Shown here one piece after another: positions 48,859 to 59,156 of a stretch of DNA of 64,000 bases. The stretch covers positions 21,452,001-21,516,000 of the forward strand of contig NC_088810.1 of NCBI RefSeq assembly GCF_011386835.1, read 5' to 3'. Each line of letters begins with the position of its first letter. The first letter of the stretch is position 1. Made by a program: the position numbers and the translations under genes. Under the pieces are notes generated by a model. It worked only from the letters and a program-made list of their open reading frames with translations, had not been told where the DNA came from and ran no database searches. Source of the DNA: Chrysemys picta bellii (Eukaryota).

Positions 48859-49014
48859 CTAGGAGTTACTGCTCCCCGAGGCGTGCAGGCTAGGATGGTC
48901 TCCAGAAATCAGCTCGTAAATGTTTTCTAGACCTTCCTTTCCCCTGGTGGCTGCTGGTCTGGTCAGGCTGGCTGGCTTCCTGCTGTAAACCAGGTCATCA
49001 AACTCCAGCGGGGT
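48859..49014 (-). CDS. SH2D2A: SH2D2A exon 8 (last coding exon)
   Basis: TPLEFDDLVYSRK...ENIYELISGDHPSLHASGSSNS*; strong pyrimidine-tract acceptor; phase 0. CDS total 1617 nt = 538 aa + stop. Confidence 0.78.
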   Translation of the reverse strand, partial: TPLEFDDLVYSRKPASLTRPAATRGKEGLENIYELISGDHPSLHASGSSNS

Positions 49015-49772
49015 CTGAGAGGAAGGAGGAGAGAGGGGGAAAGTGAAAGGGACGCAGAATTGCTGCGCGCCATTCCTATTCAGGCCCTGGGGAGAGGCGT
49101 GGGACGGGCAGCGCTGGGGACAAGGATTCCTGGTGCACCCACGGAGCAGGGACAGCAGTAAATCACCCTTCCCCCCCCCTCCATGCACCATTCCCCACCA
49201 ATATTCCTCAGCCCTGACTTCAGCGGCAGCATGGGCCTGTGGGTAGGGCACTAGCCTGCAACTCAGGGAAGCTGGGTTCTGTTCCTAGCTCTGCCACTGC
49301 TCTGCTGGGTGAGCTTGGTCATGTCCCTGCTCCATGCCTCAGTTTCCCCTCCCACCCTCTGTCTTCTCGACATAGATTGTAAAACAGAGACAGGCTTTTG
49401 CTATGTATCTGCAACACCCAGCACACGGGGGCCCTGATCTCCGGTGAGGCCTCTAGGCATTATGATAATACTCCAGAATAGTGGAAGGTTCAGGGGAAAT
49501 CAGTATCCTTGGCCCATTAAGCCCATGGTCCAGCAGAGGGGGGAAATAGCATTGGTGGGTTCTGTGTGAGCGACCCCCACCCACTAGAATCAGGACTGAG
49601 CCCCACCAAACTCATTGCACGCAGGCCCCCAAGCAGCCAGCGTATGTGAGTCACCAGCTGGATTTGAACCAGCGACCTAGAGTGTCTCAGGGCCCATCAG
49701 ACTCGACTTGTCCTGCCCCCTTGTGGCCATTTAAAGCGCAACTCCCCACTTGTCCTTCCACCTGGCACCCAC

Positions 49773-50315
49773 CTCCGAAGATGGCCCAGACGGCCTCCCC
49801 CGGTCCCCCTCGGCGGTGAGAGCTGCAGGCAGCCGCCTCCTCCGGGACCCCTGCCCCGACATGCTCCGGAGAAGCCTGCGGTGTCCTGGGGACGGCTCGG
49901 CGGGAGGTCTGGATGAGCCCCGAGGCAGGGTGGAGGCCGTGTCCTGCAGGACTCTGGGTAGAGCCTGGGGCCGGGGCCGGCCCGCCAGCTCCACCTCCGC
50001 GTAGACGTTCTCGGGGTCGGGGCTGGGCAGCGAGCCCCGCCCCATGGCATAGAAGGGGATGGGCTCGTCGGGTTCGTAGTAGATGCGGCGTTCGGGGGAC
50101 GGGAAGCCCTCGCGGGGCTCGGCGTAGGTGTGGAAGCGCATCAGCTGCTGGTACTTGGCCTCTGCGGGCTGGGCCGGCGTGGGCTGCTCAGTGGGGACGG
50201 GCGCTTTGCTGACGTGGGCGTAGGGATCTGCAGAGGCCCCTGCCTCTTGCATGGGGCTACTCGGCCTCTGAGCGGGGCCAGCTTTGGCGGGGAGCGGGGG
50301 AACGGAACAGGGAGC
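49773..50315 (-). CDS. SH2D2A: SH2D2A exon 7 (proline-rich and tyrosine motifs)
   Basis: VPPLPAK...IYYEPDEPIPFYAMGRGS...ENVYAEVE matches the TSAd pY cluster; 543 nt; donor GAG|GTGGGT. Confidence 0.93.
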
Positions 50316-50393
50316 CTAAGGGAGGAATGAAATGAAGTCAGCTTCTGTCTAAGCAGTCCTGCTCCTCCCCCCTTTGTCTGTGTCCATGTTTAC

Positions 50394-50597
50394 CTCCTTG
50401 GAAGGGCATCCCTCGTTCCTTTGCCCTGCAGCCAGCGGGCAGGGGTGGGTCTGTTGGCCGGGCGCCTGGGGCTGTCTGAGAACCAGGCTGTATGCTTGGC
50501 TGCCTGCTGCTGGGGGGACATTTGCTGGCTCGGGTGGGGCGCCGGACCCTGCTTCGGCTCCAGCCGGGATCCCACCACTCTCTCGGCTCTTGTCGCT
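50394..50597 (-). CDS. SH2D2A: SH2D2A exon 6 (linker)
   Basis: SDKSRESGG...AYSLVLRQ...CPSKE; phase 0/0; 204 nt; acceptor GCCGCAG; donor GAG|GTAAAC. Confidence 0.82.
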
Positions 50598-50750
50598 CTG
50601 CGGCAAATGGAAAAGCTGCTGAGCGATAGATGTGGCATTAGAAGAGAGGGGAGAGAGCGCGGTGCAGCGGTTAGGACCCTCTTTTAGATGTTTGTACAGC
50701 ACCTAGCACTGGGACTCCTAGGTTCTACAGCAATACAAATAACCAACTGC

Positions 50751-51012
50751 AACAGAGCACAGGGCTGGGTGTCAGGACACCTGGGTTCTCTTCCTAGGGT
50801 GCCGGGCGTAGTGGGGAGAACAGAGCACAGGGCTGGGTGTCAGGACACCTGGGTTCTCTTCCTAGGGTGCCGGGCGTAGTGGGGAGAACAGAGCACAGGG
50901 CTGTCCTAGGGTGCCGGGCGTAGTGGGGAGAACAGAGCACAGGGCTGGGTGTCAGGACACCTGGGTTCTCTTCCTAGGGTGCCGGGCGTAGTGGGGAGAA
51001 CTGAGCACAGGG
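50751..51012 (+). repeat. 68-bp minisatellite in SH2D2A intron 5
   Basis: Identical units at 50751, 50819 and 50931; a 44-bp internally deleted unit at 50887; partial unit at 50999. Confidence 0.95.
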
Positions 51013-51324
51013 TATTGGGACTCCCAGCGTCTATGCCACTGACTCATTGTGCCATCTGGAACAACTTGCCTTTCAATTGCCTCATGGTGGGGAAATTCTC
51101 CCAGTGCACTGGGGATCGTTCTGCGCTGCTGCATGTCTTGGGGGACACGATTCATTCAGGTGCTAATTACTGTAACACCTGTGACGGCTTCAGATTCCAC
51201 GGCTGTCATGGTGCTGACCTCAGCCCCTGATGTTGCACAAGCCCAGACCCTCGCTGCTTGGCCTGGAGAATCCCCATCAGCAGTACAGGGCCTATGACAC
51301 ACAGTGGAGCAATTGTGCTCCCCT

Positions 51325-51339
51325 CCAGCAGAGGGCAGT
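51325..51339 (+). promoter_or_regulatory. CTCF-like motif in SH2D2A intron 5
   Basis: CCAGCAGAGGGCAGT. Confidence 0.45.
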
Positions 51340-51457
51340 GGTGACACCAGGCAGCCAGCACATTCCCGTGCCTGTCTTGTGATGGCAGTTGCGGCATTCC
51401 AGCGATCCCTGGGCACGCAATGGGATGCCAGGCGCTCTGGGCGAGTCGCTCTCTTAC

Positions 51458-51623
51458 CCTGGGGCACGGTGCTGTCAGGAACTCATAGTAGGGGGTGACG
51501 GGGGCGGTGGTGTAGTGCTGAAGCAGACCCTGGAGCTCAGCGTGGGCGCTGTCCTCTCCTAGGATCACGTAGCACTCGTCTTCCAGCTGGTCGAGGATGA
51601 AGTGCCGGCAGCGATCTCTGCCC
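51458..51623 (-). CDS. SH2D2A: SH2D2A exon 5 (SH2 C-terminal half)
   Basis: GRDRCRHFILDQLEDECYVILGEDSAHAELQGLLQHYTTAPVTPYYEFLTAPCPR; donor AGG|GTAAGA; 166 nt. Confidence 0.96.
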
Positions 51624-51784
51624 CTGGAGCCCGGAGAGAAATCAACACGGGGGTGGTGAAATTCCAGATGCACTGGAGCGAATGGGAATTATGCCACTTC
51701 CACCCAGTGCGTCTGGGTCAGCGGCGGCTTGGCGATCCCACCTACGGGGCTGGCTTAGGAGCAAAGGGCGGCCAGGTGACCTCA

Positions 51785-51898
<114 letters not shown>

Positions 51899-52180
51899 TC
51901 AGAAATAACCCGGGCGGGAAGCAGCGGTTCCTGGGTGAGAGAGGCGGCCTCATAGGGCCGGGGTAGGTGCTGCTGGTAGTTTGGGTACAATATCTCAGCC
52001 CCCCGCCACCCCGGCTAAGTGAAACTCCTTCCTTAGCCCTATCTGTGGCAGCAGGACGTGGCGCTGCCTGTGGGAAAAGCCCCAGGGTCCTGGGGACGCT
52101 GCTGTGGGGCCGAGGGCAGGCAGCCACGTACCTCCCACCGCCGGCTCCGGGGTACCTGCCAGGCACCCCCGGCCCCTCAC

Positions 52181-52410
52181 CTCCTGCTGATGAAGCCGTG
52201 AAACCAGGGCGGCAGCTCCCCCTGCTGGCGGATCCGGCTCGCCTGCGTTCGCTCGAACCACGCCCGGGTTCGGGCCTGCAGCGCCGACGGGGCCTCGGGA
52301 GGGTCCAGGCCGGGCCCCAGCCTCGCCCGCGTCTCCACTCCATGCGCGGGGTCCCCGAGCAGAGACCAGCTCAGCTTGGCGCTGGCCGCCGGCCACGAGC
52401 TGAGAGGGGC
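52181..52410 (-). CDS. SH2D2A: SH2D2A exon 3 (into SH2 domain)
   Basis: APLSS...LQARTRAWFERTQASRIRQQGELPPWFHGFISR(R); donor AG|GTGAGG; 230 nt. Confidence 0.93.
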
Positions 52411-53264
52411 CTAAGGGAGTGAGAGCAACAGAGGCCTAGATGAGGGGGAGGGTGGCGGAGATGGGGGCCATGTTCTTACACACACACACACACACACACA
52501 CCCTTAGTGCCAAGCTGGGGCAAGCAGTGACTGAGGGGAGAGCCCCCCCACACCGGCCTGCAGCATGGTGGATGTGGCAGGCGGAGCGCCAAGCCCTGAG
52601 CCTGGGCGTGGCGAGGGCAGGAGAGGCCGTGCCCCCTTTGCCAAGCCCCTTCTTTCCGGCAGCCCCTTGGGGTTCCCTTTGTGCTGACGCCGCTGGGGAG
52701 CTAATCTCTGCTTCTCAAGTAGAGACTTCTGTTCCAGAGACCCTGAGCGGATCCTCGGGGGGTGTCTGTCTTTCTAGGACCAAAGGCCCCGGCCTCTCGG
52801 ATAAGGAACCCGGGCGAGATGCCATGAGCGGGCAACTGGGCCAGGCAGGCGTCCCAGGCCGATTAACAATAACCCCCCTCCAGGAGCCAGCTCTGGGTGG
52901 CGAAGCACCCGGCACCCGCAGCTCAGCCGGAGGGAGGGGGGGTTCTTTGCAGCATTCTGCTAAGGCAGTCGTGAGGGCTTGGCCGCTTTGTGGGCATTGT
53001 GGGGGGGGGGGGGAAGCCAGGGAACAGGCCCCCCTGCAGAATTGGGGAATGGTCAGAGCCAGGCAGAACCCAGCACGTCCTGCTGCTATCATCAGCTGGA
53101 AGCTGGCGCCAGGGTCGCTGAGGGTCCCGGGTCTGCGAGCAGGGCTCAGAGCTGGGCTCACAGCCACCCTTTATGCCCCTTGCCTCTCCCATGCTCGGTG
53201 CGCCGCCCGCCACGTCCACAGAGCCTACGTGCTGGGGGCATATGCCCATACACCCACGGGGAGA

Positions 53265-53695
53265 TAGATACTGAAGGGTGGCTAGGAATACGGACCGGTG
53301 GGCAGGTACTGTGGGGTGGATGGACGGACGGACGGATGGATGGATAGATACAGGAGGGGGAGACAGAAGGATGGACGGATGCACAGGTACTATAGAGTGA
53401 ACAGATGGATACTGTCGAGTGGATTGATGATGGACAGATACTGTAAAGGTGGACGGATGGACAGCTAGTGAAGGATGGATGGATGGACATATGGACCGGT
53501 GGACGGTTGGACAGATACTGTAGAGTAGACAGACATGAATGAATGGACGGATTCTGTACTGTAGGGTAGACAGGCAGTATGGAGTGGACAGACGGATGGC
53601 TACTGTGGAGTGGGTGGGTGGGTGGACGCTGTAGGGTGAATGCCCAGTTACAGATGGGGGGCTAGACAGACGGATAGACAGGTGGACAGAAGAGG
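53265..53695 (+). repeat. Degenerate (GGAT/GGAC/AGAC)n simple repeat in SH2D2A intron 2
   Basis: GGATGGACGGACGGATGGATGGATAGATAC... low-complexity tract. Confidence 0.9.
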
Positions 53696-53948
53696 GGGCT
53701 GAATAAGGTACCTGATGCATTTCCCCCCCAGCACACACATTTGTTCCATTATTTAACCCGCTCTGGCAGCCAGGGCACCCTCCCCCAGCTCCCCTCATTC
53801 TGCACCCGTCAGACGCTCCCCGCACACCGCAGAGCCGCGGGAGGGGCCCGGCACAGCCCCGAGCAGCTGGAGATTGGCCAGTCCTACACCTCCCGGGTGC
53901 CATGACACGAAGCCGCAAAGGGCCAGCTCGAGGGTTCCCAATTCCTAC

Positions 53949-54142
53949 CGTGGTATAGGTGCCTTGCTCCCTCTGAGAGCCAGGAGGCTGCTTCTCCTTC
54001 TGGGCCCCGGCTGGCGCTCTGCTGAGCCCAGCACTGGCGCCGTCCAGCTGGGGCAGCTCATCCGCGTTGTCGTCTTTGCTGAGACCGTTGGGTTTAAATG
54101 TGCTGAAGAGGAGGGGTCCCTGATTGTCCCAGACGTCAGCCC
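53949..54142 (-). CDS. SH2D2A: SH2D2A exon 2
   Basis: (G)ADVWDNQGPLLFSTFKP...QGTYTT, with FSTF motif as in TSAd; acceptor CCCCAG; donor ACG|GTAGGA; 194 nt, phase 1 to 0. Confidence 0.85.
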
Positions 54143-56571
54143 CTGGGGATGGAAACAAACAGGGCTCAATCCTCCAGCAGGGCCCCCCTGCAGGCGCAAG
54201 AGCCTTCTCCTCCGCAGCTCTCGTCCCCATCCCAGGTCTCTTTCCTGCCTGGCCTTTGGCCCCTGTATGCAAGCCACCTGGGGGGACTGCACTGGGCGGG
54301 AAAGAGGAGGTGGAGCTGACCTGCAATGTAGATCTGCATGGCCTCCACTGCCTTGCTTCCTATGGACCCTCCCAGACAAAACAATATCCATTGATGGGGA
54401 AACTGAGGCACAGATGGGCCATGCTCAAGGTCACCCCCAGCAAGCCAGAGCTAGGATTAGAACGCAGGTCTCTTCAGGGCCAGGCTAGTGCTCTATCCAC
54501 TAGGTTACGCTGCCTCCTAAGTCATAAGCGCTGTCTGTCTATCCTAGCCCGACCCAGGCCAATGGGAATGTTGCCACTGCCTCCCTGGAGGCAGGATTTC
54601 ACCTTGATGCTGGGAAATGGTGCCAAACGGGGGCTGGCTTGAGAGAGTGCCCGCTGAGCTGGAAAATGCCCCGGGAACAGGGCAGCCTGAGGCCAGCCAG
54701 CCTGGCCTTGCTACACCTGGGCTGGGTGCCGACCCTAGAGGTGGAGCTGATCGGGGCTGCTTTGTTCTGCTCCCATGGGGGTGGGATGGGGTTGGAGGCT
54801 GGCTGAGGACTAGGGCTAGCCGGAGCCCTTGCAGATGGAAACAGCCTGGCAGGAAAGGAGTTTGTTTGCTGCTCTGGTCGGCCTAAGTCTAAAGGATGCT
54901 GTTATGCGTTACCTGCCGAGTCTAATCTGCAGTTGGAGCAGTCTGGGGAAACTGAGGCAGGGTGGCTGCAATGCCGTGCTCTGCTGTGAGGGGGTGCTCT
55001 GAGATGGTATGTCTCGCACCCTTCCTTAAAGCCTCGCGGTGCTGGATTCTCCACACACCCGCCAGCGCTTGGGCCTTTATCGCTAGTCTCACAATTCTGG
55101 GTGTTTTTCAGCAAGCCCCAGCTCCTGGAGTCCTGTGATGAGGTGAGACTCTCAGCTCTCTCTCTCTTTGTTAAAATACATTTCTAGCTTGGGGTGTGTG
55201 TGTATTTTTTTTTTCAAAATATGAGCCCTGGTCTAATCCTAAAGGCCCAGAAAACTAGAAGGCAAATAAGAAGTTCCCAGAATGTCTTATTGTTTTAAAC
55301 AAAATCTCATGATTTTCTGGGCTCTGAATCATGGCTTTCGAACTCTTCGAGTTGGCAGAAGTGCACCCTGTAGGTAGCCCTCGGTGCCTGCTTTCCCCAG
55401 GTGTCCATGATGCTGTGGGGGCGGAGGGGAAGGGAATGAATCCCCTGGGGTGCAGCCAGTTTCCAAACGCAGCCACTTTGCTCCAGAGGTGTGAGGCGGG
55501 GCGGAAAAAAATATCGTGCATCTTCTTCGCCCGAGCAAAAAGATGCAAACTAAATGCAGCTGCCTTGTTGACTCTTAGCTGAGGACGCAATAAGACAGCT
55601 GCTGTGCTGGGACTGCAGCTAGGTCAACTCAGCCTCCCTCTCCGCTGTGCCCTTGTGCTGGACGGCACCGGGAGCAAAGTCTAGAGCTGCCCCTGGGACG
55701 TTTTCCCTTCTAACAGGCAGTTTGGGGTTGCTTTGAAACTTTGCCAAACTTTCCCACGCTGGATATCTGAATTCTTGGGGAAAGTTTCCGCTAAAACCGT
55801 TCGGCTGTTTCGGAGAAAGAGGGTAGGGAAAAATCCGTCCTACCCATGCAGAAAAAATGCTTCCCATCCCATACGTGACTGTGTCATCAAAGACTGCACC
55901 AGAATTCAGCCCCCTTGCAGCCAGTTTTCACAGGAAGCCTTAACTGGGCACGTCTTAACTTTGGAGGGTTTGATTTTTTGTGAGCTTAACGTGCTTTTAA
56001 TGTTTTTTTAACGTAATCGCAACCTCTTCGGGGCAGAGACTCTCTCCCAGGGCGTATATCCAGCACTTCGTGGCCCTAATCCTCGACTGAGACCGCGAAG
56101 GCTACTGTAATAATCCCAGGGAATACAATTGTTCTGTTGGGTTCTAATCCTGATCTAATTACAGGGGACCTTTCAATAGTGTTTAATAAGGGTTAATTAA
56201 AACAGGAAGTAATTATTTAAACCAGTTGATCAATCCCACCTTAGCATCCCGGAGATGTCTGCCAGCGATTGCCGCGGCATATTTTAATATTTTAATATTT
56301 TAAGGAGCCCTTTTAATAATACCCATCTCCTGCCACTCAAATGGAGAGCAGCATTGCAAGGCCCCAGTCCTGCAATGTGATCAATGCGTGTTTGTGCCCA
56401 CAAGGACACTGGCTGATCCCCTTGGAGCTCTGCCCAGGGACAGGGTTGCATTCCCAGGGATCTGACTCCAGGATCGGGGCCTATGCTGGTGCAAAAGAGA
56501 GAGACACCTCTCTCGAAAGAGACCTAACTGTCTTTTCTTGTTGCTGCCGCCGAGTTTCTCCCAGGATATCA

Positions 56572-56740
56572 GAGAGACAAGGTGGGGGAGGCGATGTCTC
56601 CTATTGGACTTTTGACTCCTGTTGTCGAAAGAGACAAGTTTTCGGGCTACAAGGAGCTCTTCTTCGGGGCTCAAAAGTGTCTCTCTTTCACCAGCTGAAT
56701 TTGTTCCCATAAAAGAGATCCCCTCCCCCTCTTGTCTCTC
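56572..56740. mobile_element. Second-family Penelope-like hairpin relic with degenerate hammerhead on the minus strand
   Basis: Imperfect inverted arms GAGAGACAAGGTGGGGGAG...CTCCCCCTCTTGTCTCTC; minus strand reads CCGAAGAAGAGCT..AGCCCGAAAACTTGTC. Confidence 0.65.
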
Positions 56741-57287
56741 ATTTCCCCCCCTTTTTTCCTATAAGAAAGAAAAGGCACCAATTCACGCCCCCAGCCCCCC
56801 GGTCAGCCTGAGCACCGCGGGAGTGTGGGCTGCTGCCCATTCCGCTCGGGCAGCGTTTGACATCTGCTTTGCACTGGGGCAAACAGCCAGCCCGAGGTGC
56901 AGGAGGCTCGGGCCTCCATCTTCGAAAGCGTTGGTGCTAGGACGGAGCCGCGCTGCGCTCACCCCTCCCCTTGGAGAAAGCATTGCAGGGTTGGCTCCGG
57001 AGCAGGGCCCATCAAACCGGCCGGCCCAGGTCAGCAGCTCGGGGCGCGGATGTCGTCTGGAGGCTGGCATGGAGCGAGCTGTGTGGGTCTCGGAGCGACC
57101 CCTGCCTGCCAGGCATTCCCCCAACCCAGCCCCCACAGCTGGGCAACCTCCGTAAAGAGCCCCACGATTGCCTGGGGGTGGGGGCTGGGCTCAGCTCCAA
57201 GCTTGGCTCGTGGGAGGGGACCTGGGGCTCCATTGCCTCAGGGGACTTGTCCTCCGGATCACACCCGTGAATGAACAGCTGGAAGGC

Positions 57288-57445
57288 CAAGGCCGCCTGG
57301 GGGGGGGGCAAGTGGGGCAATTTGCCCCAGGCCCCACAGGAGCCCCACGAGAATATAGTATTCTATAGTACTGCAACTTTTTTTTATGGAAGGGGTCCCC
57401 GAAATTGCTTTGCCCCAGGTCCCCTGAATCCTCTGTGCAGCCCTG
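57288..57445. mobile_element. hAT-type MITE
   Basis: CAAGGCCGCC...GCAGCCCTG termini; degraded 8-bp TSD (5/8). Confidence 0.6.
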
Positions 57446-57667
57446 TGCAGGACTCGTGCATTGGATCAGCCCAACGCCTGGCGGGCAGTTGCCCCGCTGT
57501 GGCATGGGGCATTGATTCCCCTGGCTCTGCTGCCCCACTCCTGCCTGCAGGACTCCGGTCTCCATGGCTCTCGCCCACGTCCCTCTTCACTGGACTCCCC
57601 TTAAGGGAACAAATCTGCTCCAGTGAAGAGCGGTCGAGGTCTTCCCCCGCTCCCCAGTGGCTCCTAC

Positions 57668-57701
57668 CTGTCCTAGGTCCCTCCTTGAGCGGGGAGTCCA
57701 T
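57668..57701 (-). CDS. SH2D2A: SH2D2A coding exon 1 (MDSPLKEGPRT+G); optional in-frame upstream ATG at 57791
   Basis: 34-nt phase-1 exon, as recalled for human MEFPLAQICPQ+G; strong Kozak GGCATGG; donor CAG|GTAGGA; phase fits the next exon. Confidence 0.75.
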
Positions 57702-57859
57702 GCCCTGCGGCGGCCCGAGCTCCGAGACCCTGGCAGCGATGTCTGCCGGAGGTAGGGGAACTGATAAGTCCTCCTCACGCTCTCTCTGCATGCAAAGGGC
57801 AGGAAGCAGCTACCGAAGCCACAAGATGCTGCTCGTTCACGGGCGAGCAAAGGAGCGCC

Positions 57860-57890
57860 GCCGGCGACGTCATGGAAAAGGAAAGTGCCG
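57860..57890 (-). promoter_or_regulatory. SH2D2A proximal promoter CRE-like site with adjoining NFAT-like site
   Basis: TGACGTCG (57865-57872, minus) abutting TGGAAAA (57873-57879, plus), ~165 nt upstream of the ATG. Confidence 0.55.
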
Positions 57891-58073
57891 CGGCAGAGTT
57901 CTGGGGCGAGGTGCTGGGGCCGGAGATGAGAGGGTGGTGTCACCGCAGCGCCCGGCCGGCCCGGGCCTGTGACACAAGGGGCGTGATGGGAGAACGTCCC
58001 TGGATCCGCGAGACGCTGCGCGAGCCAGCTGTGACAGGCTGGGCTCGGTCGCCGCTCCGAGGGGTGGCTGCAG

Positions 58074-58196
58074 TAGGGTGACCAGAGAGCAAGTGTGAAA
58101 AATCGGGACGGGGGTGGGGGGGTAATAGGAACCTATATAAGAAAAAGACCTCAAAATTGGGACTGTCCCTATAAAATCGGGACATCTGCTCACCTA
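58074..58196 (-). mobile_element. hAT (Tip100-like) MITE, copy 4
   Basis: Same family as 24934-25057 in the reverse orientation; TSD not clear. Confidence 0.85.
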
Positions 58197-59011
58197 GCAG
58201 ACAGCCAGCACCCGTAAGCTATTTAAATAGCCCTGATTCTTATCTAGGCTAACGCCCCTCCGTGCCAGGCTGGGACACTGAAAAGTCAGCCAGCTAGCGG
58301 CGGCTGGGGTTGCTTAGAGGGGTCTTCTGAGTGCCGGGCCATAAGACCTGGGTTCGAGTTCAGACACTGCTCTGGGGGACCTTAGACAAATCATTTGAAC
58401 TCAGTTCCCCCTTGTATAATGGAGAATCGTCTTTCCTTTGTCTCGTTAGACTATAAATGACCGCCGCTCCCCTGGAAGGAACTGTCGGTGGCTCTGGGTC
58501 TCTGAAGGGCCTGGTGCAAGGGGGCCCTGACCTCCGTTGGGGTGTCTGGGTGCTGAAGCTAGACAAACAACTACCATCAAACATGAGACCCCCTTGGTGG
58601 TATCCTGCCAGGCCTTTGAGATCAGGTGCGTTTGCTATTTGGAGGCCTGACCTGGGCTACATCACCCGGGGAAGCTGTCTGGGGCCAGGCTAGACCTCGA
58701 GAGCGTCCTGGCGAGCAGGGCACCCTCTGCTGCAGGGAGTGGGGTGGGCGACTCAGCAGGGGGTGCTCTCCTCCCCGGCGGGGCTGTGCCGCTGAGAGCC
58801 GAGCAAGTGACCTAATTCTCTTCCTGAGGAAGCAGAGCTGAGGCAGGGGGGTGGGTTTGAGGCTCCGAGCTTCCGCCACCGTTCTGTGTGCCCAGAACCT
58901 GTCCCCGATTTCCCAAGGGACTGAGTATTTCGTGATCCCGGCGGGAGGCTTGTCAATTAACCAATTCATGTTCGGCCAGGGCTTTGGCAACTTAAAGAGC
59001 CCGGTCTTGTG

Positions 59012-59156
59012 TATCGGATTCCTAGATCCCAAGGCTAGCGGGACCACTGCGATCACCTAGTCTGACCTCCAGGCCAGAGAACGGCCCCAGAACAATTCCT
59101 AGAGCAGAGCGTCTAGTGAAACATCTCGTCTTGATTTAAAAATGGCCAGGGATGGG
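59012..59156 (-). mobile_element. CR1 3' fragment
   Basis: GGGACCACTGCGATCACCTAGTCTGACCTCC; same family as 40864-41040. Confidence 0.65.

Noticed and set aside
50751-51012. CRISPR-like array
   Set aside because: Head-to-tail units with no unique spacers, in a vertebrate intron.
52923-54326. 467-aa minus-strand ORF
   Set aside because: It is SH2D2A exon 2 plus read-through of the stop-poor (ATCC)n repeat (SIHPSV...); not a gene.
54911-55114. Alternative SH2D2A first exon ending GCAG|GTAACG (phase 1)
   Set aside because: The phase fits, but it overlaps a SINE core and lacks similarity to the TSAd N-terminus; 57668-57701 matches much better.
57271-57972. 233-aa plus-strand ORF
   Set aside because: Starts in a hAT MITE and runs antisense over the SH2D2A exon 1/promoter; GC-rich artefact.
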